From NCBI GenBank assembly GCA_964519725.1, contig CAZFKS010000002.1, forward strand, positions 49,325-113,324: DNA of 64,000 bases, read 5' to 3'. Both the position numbers and the translations under genes were made by a program. Under the pieces are notes generated by a model. That model saw only the letters and a program-made list of their open reading frames with translations. It did not search any database and was not told the origin of the DNA. The DNA is from an uncultured Gammaproteobacteria bacterium (GTDB taxonomy: Bacteria > Patescibacteriota > Patescibacteriia > Magasanikbacterales > UBA922). Position 1 is the stretch's first letter. Each line of letters starts with the position of its first letter. Positions 56,935 through 64,000 of this stretch are shown in pieces.

Positions 56935-58119
56935 TTATTTACAAATGTCACCGGCCATTTTATTGACCACAGCTTTTAACTCGGTATCACTTGGACATTT
57001 ATTTTCGGAAAAACGATTTAGCACAATATCGCGCGCGGCATTTTTGGCTAAGATTTTAGTGGTATCATCAACGTCTGAATATAAATTTAGCCAAGCGTAA
57101 AAATAAAATTGCGCAGCCCACGCACTGTTTTCATTAATATTTTTGTCACCACCATTTACCCCAGTGTGAGTACTGCCATTAATCGCGTGGTGAGCTTCAT
57201 GAACAAAAGTGCCGGCCTTGTAAATTGGGTTGTAAACAAAACCATCCAAAGTTTCAGTGCGACTAGCGCCAGATGCTTCACAGGTAGCTGAGCCAGATTT
57301 AACCGCGTGGGTGTGTGCAAACGTGCCGCCTAAATTAATGACTAAATTCCAACCAGTGGAATATTCAGCGCAATTTTGGCCAGGATTTAACGTTAATTTT
57401 TGCGCGGTTAAATACGCGTATAAATTTTTCCCACCAGTAAATGGAAGTGGTTTAGAGAATTGCAAGTCTTTTAAGAGACGCAAAGTTGCGTAAATTGGTA
57501 ACCGACTCGCGCTCGTTGTGTTGTAATCACAGGCAAACGGTTTGTCAGTCCAATCTTTGCCCCACACGACATTAAAATCTGCGTCTAAGCTGGCGCGTTC
57601 ACTGTCACTTGGACAGCGTAAAAAATTACTCATGACCTGACTAATGGTTGGGGTTGAGATAACTGGTGTAGTTGGAATAGATGGCGACACTGGTGTACTT
57701 GGGACAGGAATAACTGGAGTTTCAATCACTGGGATACTGACTGGCGGAGTCACCGGGGTGGCTGGTACGGTTGGTATTGTCGGAGTTACTATTGATGTGG
57801 CTGGCGCATTTGGATCTTTATATGACATTGGCCCTTTGACGTCATCAGGAATATTTTTTAAATTTGTGGCACTAGTAATTTTTACTTGCTTCCAAGAACT
57901 AAAATACGCAAAAAAAGCCGTTTCATTGGTAAATGGTCGTTTAGTGCAGCTGCGGGTAACGTAGAAGACCGCTGGGCTTTCCTTTGATTTGTAGGCGGTT
58001 TGAGGCAAGAGGACGCAATCAGCTGCCCGGGCCACCTGAACACCCCAAAAAACACTGGTTATCCCCAGCGCCAGGAGGCTTGCTTTTTGCCAAAGCTTCG
58101 AGTATGATGTGGTTAACAT
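56935..58119 (-). CDS. Secreted protein with Pro/Thr linker and HExxH zincin-like domain
   Basis: Signal peptide, SPAVFYV domain, PT-rich linker, FVHEAHH. Confidence 0.7.
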   Translation of the reverse strand: MLTTSYSKLWQKASLLALGITSVFWGVQVARAADCVLLPQTAYKSKESPAVFYVTRSCTKRPFTNETAFFAYFSSWKQVKITSATNLKNIPDDVKGPMSYKDPNAPATSIVTPTIPTVPATPVTPPVSIPVIETPVIPVPSTPVSPSIPTTPVISTPTISQVMSNFLRCPSDSERASLDADFNVVWGKDWTDKPFACDYNTTSASRLPIYATLRLLKDLQFSKPLPFTGGKNLYAYLTAQKLTLNPGQNCAEYSTGWNLVINLGGTFAHTHAVKSGSATCEASGASRTETLDGFVYNPIYKAGTFVHEAHHAINGSTHTGVNGGDKNINENSAWAAQFYFYAWLNLYSDVDDTTKILAKNAARDIVLNRFSENKCPSDTELKAVVNKMAGDICK

Positions 58120-58148
58120 AAACGTATTTTAGCCAAAAATATACCATT

Positions 58149-58313
58149 ATGAAGCTCACTTGTCCAGAATGTAAAAATGAAGTTGATCTTAGTCGGTACC
58201 CAAATCTGGCCCCTGCAGACGTGATTGAATGTAATCACTGTGGGATTATGCTAGGCATTGAAAATATCTCAGGCGACGAAGTTACAGCCGAGATTGTTGA
58301 TGAAGGTAAATAA
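58149..58313 (+). CDS. 54-aa LysW-like zinc-ribbon protein
   Basis: MKLTCPECKNEV...VIECNHCGIMLGI...EIVDEGK; below the ORF-track cutoff. Confidence 0.75.
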   Translation: MKLTCPECKNEVDLSRYPNLAPADVIECNHCGIMLGIENISGDEVTAEIVDEGK

Positions 58314-58314
58314 T

Positions 58315-58418
58315 ATGATTCAGAACCAGCACCTCGCTACTTGGTCTGGTTTTAATGGCAGCACCACCTGCTAAGGCTTGGTGCGGCTCCCAAACCCGCG
58401 TCAAGCGGGTTTTTATTT
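58315..58418 (+). promoter_or_regulatory. Candidate leader-peptide attenuator (MIQNQHLATWSGFNGSTTC*, 58315-58374) with antiterminator and terminator
   Basis: 1:2, 2:3 and 3:4 alternative stems; terminator 58392-58418 just before the transporter ATG. Confidence 0.65.
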
Positions 58419-58427
58419 ACTTTTTTT

Positions 58428-59066
58428 ATGTTTCAATTTTCGGAAAAATCATTTACTAAGTTACTACTGGCTCTGACCGTATATTTGAGCGCGCTGTTTG
58501 CAGCCAATACGTTGGGACTCAAAATCATGCCATTTTTGTTTGGCTCACATTTGTCAGTGGGGGTGTTTTCCTTCCCAATTGTGTTTATTATGACTGATGT
58601 GATTGGGGAAATTTACGGCAAACAAGTAGCCAAATATTTTGTCTGGGCGGGATTTATCAGTACGGCGATTTTTATTGGTTACTCATTGTTGTCACTAGCT
58701 ATGCCTTGGGCCGCGGCGGGTGAATGGGTGAAAGATAGTTATAATCAGGTGTTTGCGGTGTCGATGCGGATTGCGGTGGCGTCACTGGTGGCGTTTGCCG
58801 TGGCTGAATATCAAGACGTCGTGACTTTTTTCTTTTTCAAGAAAAAATTGGGTGAAAAAATGTTTTGGCTCCGGTCATTTCTTTCCAACCTGTGGTCGCA
58901 GTTTTGGGACACAGTGTTATTTATGGTAATTGCGTTTGCTGGCGTGTATCCAACTAAAACTTTGATCAGTATTATTATTACCTGGTGGTTGTACAAGGTT
59001 TTAATGGGGCTGTTGTACACGCCGCTGTCATACTTGGCACTACGAGTGTTACGTACAAAAGAATAA
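58428..59066 (+). CDS. Queuosine precursor transporter (YhhQ/VUT family)
   Basis: AANTLGLK, FPIVFIMTDVIGEIYG, RIAVASLVAF, WLRSFLSNLWSQFWDT. Confidence 0.9.
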   Translation: MFQFSEKSFTKLLLALTVYLSALFAANTLGLKIMPFLFGSHLSVGVFSFPIVFIMTDVIGEIYGKQVAKYFVWAGFISTAIFIGYSLLSLAMPWAAAGEWVKDSYNQVFAVSMRIAVASLVAFAVAEYQDVVTFFFFKKKLGEKMFWLRSFLSNLWSQFWDTVLFMVIAFAGVYPTKTLISIIITWWLYKVLMGLLYTPLSYLALRVLRTKE

Positions 59067-59073
59067 TTAAAAT

Positions 59074-59100
59074 AAAAAACGGTCCGTCAGGGCCGTTTTA
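59074..59100. terminator. Bidirectional terminator
   Basis: AAAACGGTCC/GGGCCGTTTT between convergent genes. Confidence 0.65.
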
Positions 59101-59655
59101 TAATCCTAACTTTTTCTTAAACTCTATTAGTTTGTTTGGGGTACGATAAACTGCCTCGAAAATACTGATTACAAATAATGGGTTAGTTTTTATTTCCCGC
59201 TTTAAGATCATTTCGATTAATTCCTCAAAACTACAGGATTTAATAACAATTTTTTCACCCGGATCAGGATTTTGAGCGGTGGTGGTTTGGCAATTTAGTG
59301 CCAGAAAAATGTAATTGGTCCAGTCCATTTTATTCATGGGCATTACTTCACTGTAGAGCTCAAGCTTCTCCGCTTTTAAACCTGATTCTTCGAGTAGTTC
59401 TCGGGCCGCGCCAGTTTCTGGAGTTTCATTTGGTTCAATTCGGCCACCAAAAAACGATAGGTATTTTCCTTTGACTGGCTGTTCTTGTTCAGCGTACCAA
59501 ATTTTTCCTTCTTTTACGGCAATTACTTCCACTGTACCTGCTCGTTTTATCATTTCAAATGGAGCCGTTGATCCATCAAACATGGTTTGTTCCCAACCGT
59601 ACACATCGAAAACTTCTCCTTTATACTTTAATTCTGCTTGTTTTGGAATTTTCAT
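59098..59655 (-). CDS. Nudix hydrolase
   Basis: FFGGRIE...ARELLEESG, DPGEKI. Confidence 0.87.
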   Translation of the reverse strand: MKIPKQAELKYKGEVFDVYGWEQTMFDGSTAPFEMIKRAGTVEVIAVKEGKIWYAEQEQPVKGKYLSFFGGRIEPNETPETGAARELLEESGLKAEKLELYSEVMPMNKMDWTNYIFLALNCQTTTAQNPDPGEKIVIKSCSFEELIEMILKREIKTNPLFVISIFEAVYRTPNKLIEFKKKLGL

Positions 59656-61037
59656 ATTCGACTAATTACATTTTCAATCATGCCGCGGAAACCGTGTGAG
59701 CCTAAAAACACAATCAGGTCATTGGTTTCTGCATTATTAACCAAATGATCAACTAGTTCCGCGTCATCATCAATGTACAAAACATTGGCGTGTGTTTGTG
59801 AAATGGTGAGTGCGAGTTCGTCGCCTTCAATTGGTGGCGCAGAGTCGTTCACATCAATTTTAATTTTAGTCAGGCGCGGAATGATGACTTCATCAGCGGC
59901 CACAAAAGCATCAGTGTAGAGTGGTTTGGCATCAGGTTTGCGGTTACCAGTGTTTGGTTCAAACACAGCGGTAATTTTACCAGGGTAAATTGCGCGCAAA
60001 GTTTCAAGTACGGATTTGGCTTTGGCCGGTGAGTGGGCAATATCATCAAACACGGTTACTAGGCCGTCAGTGCGTTTTTCTAGGCGGCGTTTGAGGCCAG
60101 GAAAAGACGCGAGCGCGGCAATAATTTTTTGGGGTTCAATATTTAATTCATGCGCCAAAGCAAACGCGCCCGTAATATTTTCCGCTTGGTACGAACCAAG
60201 CAGTGGGGAAGTGATGGTAAATGTTTGACCCTGATAATGCAAATCAAAACTCAATCCGTCTGGTGATTGTATGACATTTTCGTAGCGGTAAATGGCGTCT
60301 TTATCAGTGCCATAGGTAACTACGAGCGGGCCGCCACTGACTGAGGCAGCGAGATTGAGGGCCGCAGAATTATCTGTGCTGACCGCAATTAAACCATCGG
60401 CTGAAACGGTTTGTACTAATTTTTCAAAAGCCGCTAAATAACTTTGCTCAGTTGGGTACACATCAACGTGATCCCAAGAAATCGCGGTGAGTAATAAATA
60501 CTTTGGCGCGTAGTGCGCAAATTTTGGACCATTATCCCAGCGCGCACTTTTGTATTCATCACCCTCAATAATACTCCACTGACTGTCAGCAAGGGCCGCG
60601 GAAGGAAAATCTGACTGGGCGAGTCCGCCAAACATGTAATTTGGATTAAGACCAGCTTCACTGAAAATCCAAGCCAGTAAGGCGGAAGTAGTAGTCTTGC
60701 CATAAGTGCCAACACAGACAATTGATTCTTCTTTTAGCCAAAATTCGGCGATGGCTTCTGGATATGATTTGTAATTTAAATGTAATTCTTGGACGGCTTG
60801 CCACTCTGGATTTTGTGAAGAAGCAACATTGCCAACAATTACCAAATCAGGTTTCCCCATTTTTTCTGGGTGCCAACCAGCGTAAAATTCCACGCCACTA
60901 TTTTGGAGCATGGTAGAAACTGGCGGGTAAAAACCAACATCACTACCAGTCACTTTATAACCTTTTTTGTGCAGGGCAATCGCGAGCGCACTCATGGCGA
61001 CCCCGCAAATTCCGATAAAGTGGATGTGTTTTTTCAT
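59652..61037 (-). CDS. Mur ligase of the MurC/Mpl group
   Basis: HIHFIGICGVAM, GTYGKTTT, EGDEY, DHVDVY, DDIAHSP, FEP. Confidence 0.88.
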   Translation of the reverse strand: MKKHIHFIGICGVAMSALAIALHKKGYKVTGSDVGFYPPVSTMLQNSGVEFYAGWHPEKMGKPDLVIVGNVASSQNPEWQAVQELHLNYKSYPEAIAEFWLKEESIVCVGTYGKTTTSALLAWIFSEAGLNPNYMFGGLAQSDFPSAALADSQWSIIEGDEYKSARWDNGPKFAHYAPKYLLLTAISWDHVDVYPTEQSYLAAFEKLVQTVSADGLIAVSTDNSAALNLAASVSGGPLVVTYGTDKDAIYRYENVIQSPDGLSFDLHYQGQTFTITSPLLGSYQAENITGAFALAHELNIEPQKIIAALASFPGLKRRLEKRTDGLVTVFDDIAHSPAKAKSVLETLRAIYPGKITAVFEPNTGNRKPDAKPLYTDAFVAADEVIIPRLTKIKIDVNDSAPPIEGDELALTISQTHANVLYIDDDAELVDHLVNNAETNDLIVFLGSHGFRGMIENVISRI

Positions 61038-61687
61038 AATGCTTTCAAAACAGTTTCAAGTTCAGACAGATTTGCCTGCCATTTGGCACCATCAAACCAC
61101 TCTAACCCTGCAAATTGTAATTTGTAAGTATCAGTTGAACGTTGGGCTGAACCCAAATAAATATATTTTTTATTTTGTTCTTGCGCATACACAATTCCGC
61201 GGAGCATCAGGCCAAGACCTAGATTTGAAATATCAGTCGTGCGGTCGTAAAACGGGTATGAATAGTGGATTAAATCATTATTTTCATACGCAATGCAGTA
61301 ACCAACAATTTTATTTTCAAATGTATACAGTAATAATTTATTGAAATTACTTTTGGCGGCGTCAGTCAAAAGTTCCTTGATTTTATTAGCACTGAAAGTA
61401 CCATCACCAAATTTATCAGTGTAAAAATCTTTGGCCAATTTGCCAATTTCCCACGAATAATCAGAGTAGGGAAGTGATACAACTTCCAGTTCGAGCCCGT
61501 CAGTTTTTTTGAGTACGCGCCGATTTTCACTCGACAAAACAAATTTACTCAAATCAATCCGCACGCTGCGGGTTTGATCCAGTTCGCCCTTGCCTTTGCG
61601 CGTTAAAACAAAACCCTCATCATATAAATTACTGAGGGTTTGAGGAGAAAAATCAGAAATAGTTTTAGTTTGCCACGCAAGATACAT
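61034..61687 (-). CDS. Aminoacyl-tRNA-protein transferase-like (ATE/Bpt fold)
   Basis: SVRIDL, YSYPFYD, LGLG, YIYLG, YKLQFAGLEWF. Confidence 0.7.
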   Translation of the reverse strand: MYLAWQTKTISDFSPQTLSNLYDEGFVLTRKGKGELDQTRSVRIDLSKFVLSSENRRVLKKTDGLELEVVSLPYSDYSWEIGKLAKDFYTDKFGDGTFSANKIKELLTDAAKSNFNKLLLYTFENKIVGYCIAYENNDLIHYSYPFYDRTTDISNLGLGLMLRGIVYAQEQNKKYIYLGSAQRSTDTYKLQFAGLEWFDGAKWQANLSELETVLKAL

Positions 61688-61688
61688 A

Positions 61689-62813
61689 TTAGTGAAGCGC
61701 CACCCAGAGGCCTAAGAATACGACCGCAGCGTGTAAAATCCAAAAGCGCATTACAGTTTTTTCTTCACTCCAGCCTAAAAGTTCAAAGTGATAATGTACT
61801 GGTGCCATGCGGAAAATGCGACGGCCTAAAATGTGTCGACCAAAAACTTGCACAATCACACTAGCGAGTTCAATGTAAAAAATAAAGGCTAAAAATGGCA
61901 AAATTAACATGGTGTTAATGACAATGGCGTTAATCGCCAGGAGTGCGCCCAGGCCAAGGGAACCAACATCACCCATTTGAAACCGCGCTGGTTTAACATT
62001 GAAGTACGTGTAAGTAATGAGCGCGCCAACCGTAGTGGCATTTAAATACGTAATTTCGGGAAAACCCTTTAGCCAACTAAGTAACATGAGTGTGGAAAAG
62101 GTTAGCATCAGTGAGCCACCAGCCAGACCATCCATTCCGTCGGCCACATTTACGGCATTGGCAGTGAACATGACAAAGAAAATAATGAGCGGAATCAGCC
62201 ACCAACCAAAATTAATTAAACCATCAAATGGAATGGCCACTTGGTGCCACTCGGTGCCAAGTTTGTAATAAATCCACCAGGCGGTAATGGCGCCCGCAAT
62301 AAATTGCAAAATTAATTTTTCGTGAACAAACACGCCTTTGCCTGGATGCGAGCCAAGCCAAAGTGATGAGCGCTTGAACATGGTCCATGGCAAAGTGAGG
62401 GATAGCCAAATTTTTTGGCGCCACTGTTTATGCACGCGAATGAGGCGCAGAGTTTGCTTGATATCGCGGTTGCGGCGGCGCTCGCCGTAAATATTTAAAA
62501 TATCATCAATGCCACCGAGTAGAGCAGATAAAAGCATGACCCCAATTGGTACAAAAGTGAAGCGGCGCTCCCAGTTAAAGAGCATGGTGATGGCGGCTAC
62601 GGTTACAATAACTAGGAGGCCACCCATGATTGGGGTACCCATTTTTTCTTTGCGGCTATCACGGACTAGAGTGGTGTCAAACGGATTGGTGCGGGTGATT
62701 TTGAATCGGTACAAGAATTTAATGAGGAGTGGGGCCCACAAAAAAGACACAAAAACCGCGGCTAGGCCAAAGCCAATCGCGGTACGGAGGATTTCGACAG
62801 AGACAGTCGGCAT
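61689..62813 (-). CDS. mraY: Phospho-N-acetylmuramoyl-pentapeptide transferase
   Basis: KMGTPIMGG, GGIDD, NAVNVADGMDGL, FQMGDVGS, FRMAPVHYHFEL. Confidence 0.92.
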   Translation of the reverse strand: MPTVSVEILRTAIGFGLAAVFVSFLWAPLLIKFLYRFKITRTNPFDTTLVRDSRKEKMGTPIMGGLLVIVTVAAITMLFNWERRFTFVPIGVMLLSALLGGIDDILNIYGERRRNRDIKQTLRLIRVHKQWRQKIWLSLTLPWTMFKRSSLWLGSHPGKGVFVHEKLILQFIAGAITAWWIYYKLGTEWHQVAIPFDGLINFGWWLIPLIIFFVMFTANAVNVADGMDGLAGGSLMLTFSTLMLLSWLKGFPEITYLNATTVGALITYTYFNVKPARFQMGDVGSLGLGALLAINAIVINTMLILPFLAFIFYIELASVIVQVFGRHILGRRIFRMAPVHYHFELLGWSEEKTVMRFWILHAAVVFLGLWVALH

Positions 62814-62846
62814 ATTTGGCTAATATAGCAACAAATTGCCAAAAAA

Positions 62847-63605
62847 TCAACTGAAGATTTTGAGCCGACGAATTTCCACTTTTTGGGCCTCGCAGGCGTG
62901 CTGGTAGGTGTCATTGGCCGGACCAGTCTGATTTTTTTCAACCCAGACATCATCAAGGAGCGGGGAATTGGGATTAGTCCACATTATACTGCCCGTGCGG
63001 ACCCCGTGGTCATATTGGCCTTCATTCCGCCAGCGGAAAGAATGCACATAATGGATGGTGCGATCACTAACATCAGTCACCAGTAAAACATGGTTCAAAG
63101 TCCGGTTAGTGCCAGTGTTCCACAAGAAAATTAAATCACCGGGCTGCAGATCATTTTTATTTATGACAAAACTATTGGTCGCGTCACCCAGCACACTCAC
63201 ACTAATATTTTGCGATGGGCGCAGTTTAATAATAAACCGGCGAAACCAATTGGCCGCAGGAAAATTAAGGGCGCTTTGCAAATCTTTTTTCACGCGCATG
63301 ATACCCTCGTAACGCAGCACATAATACGCCAGAGCTGAACAATCTACGCCCAAATTATTATCAACTAAAAACTTTTTTATGTCTTCACTACTTGCGGTGC
63401 TCAGTGAAAAATTTTTACTTTTCGCAATAATTTCTGCTTCTAAACCCAGGTCTTCAGGTGTGCCTTTACCCACCATAACGGCCAGGCCACCACGGGTTTT
63501 CACGCGTTGATTATTAAAATACGGCGCATTTACGGGAGCACCAAGCATTGGTAAGCGTAAATATTTAGCCACAATTTCTTGGGCTGGTAGTGACAAACTA
63601 GACAT
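62847..63605 (-). CDS. NlpC/P60-like (papain-fold) hypothetical protein
   Basis: GVDCSALAY, LQPGDLI, HVLLV, VHS. Confidence 0.55.
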   Translation of the reverse strand: MSSLSLPAQEIVAKYLRLPMLGAPVNAPYFNNQRVKTRGGLAVMVGKGTPEDLGLEAEIIAKSKNFSLSTASSEDIKKFLVDNNLGVDCSALAYYVLRYEGIMRVKKDLQSALNFPAANWFRRFIIKLRPSQNISVSVLGDATNSFVINKNDLQPGDLIFLWNTGTNRTLNHVLLVTDVSDRTIHYVHSFRWRNEGQYDHGVRTGSIMWTNPNSPLLDDVWVEKNQTGPANDTYQHACEAQKVEIRRLKIFS

Positions 63606-63606
63606 A

Positions 63607-63999
63607 TTATAAAATCGGTTCAGTTAGGGACACGATGCGCCCGCCCGCGTCATTAAAAGTATTGGGCGCAGCCATCAGACCGTGCGGGCTTTGAATCCGC
63701 AGTAAATCCGCACCTAATTCGCGGTTAGCATAAGCAATGCAGTGAAAACCAGCTGCGGTTAATTCAGTTGCTAGGGTGTTAATTTTTTCCGCAGAAATAT
63801 TTGGTTCAGTTTGGCGTAAAATAATTTGCGCACCATCAGCAATCGTTATATAACTTTTTGGGTCAATTGGTTCGTGGGCTAAAGCAGCTAAATGTGCAGA
63901 AAAAGTAGTGTACTCTTGGTCATTCACGCGTGCTTTTTCTTGTAACACTGATTCGTACGTAGTGGAGGCTGGCTGGCGCGCATTAATTTCAATTAAATA
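63607..63999 (-). CDS. C-terminal part of an ATP-grasp protein (gene begins beyond the window)
   Basis: Frame stays open to the window edge and reads YLIEINARQPAS (ATP-grasp E-x-N-x-R motif). Confidence 0.6.
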   Translation of the reverse strand, partial: YLIEINARQPASTTYESVLQEKARVNDQEYTTFSAHLAALAHEPIDPKSYITIADGAQIILRQTEPNISAEKINTLATELTAAGFHCIAYANRELGADLLRIQSPHGLMAAPNTFNDAGGRIVSLTEPIL

Positions 64000-64000
64000 T

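Noticed and set aside
57640-57810. Apparent repeats in Pro/Thr-rich coding DNA (also 2990-3260)
   Set aside because: Low-complexity protein linkers, not nucleotide-level repeat elements.
58315-58427. Canonical preQ1 riboswitch upstream of yhhQ
   Set aside because: No preQ1-I stem-loop with the A-rich AAAAAACUA tail and no class II/III layout visible; the uORF plus antiterminator explains the region better. An Rfam scan is still needed.
58350-58428. Programmed frameshift from the uORF into the yhhQ frame
   Set aside because: A -1 slip at GGT TTT meets TAA immediately and there is no canonical slippery heptamer.
279-63312. Numerous 60-170 aa ORFs overlapping recognised genes on the opposite strand or in other frames
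   Set aside because: Shadow ORFs of well-supported genes, with no motifs or initiation signals.
1-64000. CRISPR array, tRNA/rRNA genes, transposases, prophage genes
   Set aside because: No regularly spaced repeats, T-loop/cloverleaf motifs or recognisable mobile-element proteins were seen by eye.

Overview
A bacterial chromosomal segment of moderate AT content. Gene content and style suggest a Patescibacteria/CPR genome, probably ABY1 or Magasanikbacteria-like; this is inference. The style includes few Shine-Dalgarno (SD) motifs, very short leaders, TAA-T-ATG gene coupling, a TM-anchored Clp ATPase, and PEGA and GT-C proteins. Housekeeping genes: uvrA (3' part), uvrC, mraZ-rsmH-ftsL-like, rplU, recR-ybaB-dnaB, murA, ctpA, ribF-like kinase-ribE-ribH, era, rplI, pyrG, cls, tsaE-glyA, elp3, mraY and a Mur ligase. 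There is also a rhamnose/glycosyltransferase cluster and an ECF sigma module. I saw no tRNA, rRNA, CRISPR array, transposase or integrase. The most interesting signals are missing from the ORF track. (1) Two apparently homologous leader-peptide attenuators (58315-58418 + and 6219-6334 -) share M..NQ..A[ST]...F-[NAU codon] and GCTTGGTGCGG. One precedes a queuosine-precursor transporter, so this is a candidate queuosine-sensing ribosomal attenuator. (2) A promoter- and terminator-bounded, highly structured ~230-nt ncRNA (5505-5772 -). (3) An NYN ribonuclease gene bracketed by two similar antisense promoter-hairpin sRNA units, a candidate RNA-antitoxin system. (4) Seven scattered GC-rich orphan mini-genes with strong SD motifs, most with a promoter and flanking hairpins. 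(5) Elp3 head-to-head with a Trm9/ALKBH8-like methyltransferase. All family assignments were made by eye from motifs; no searches were run.
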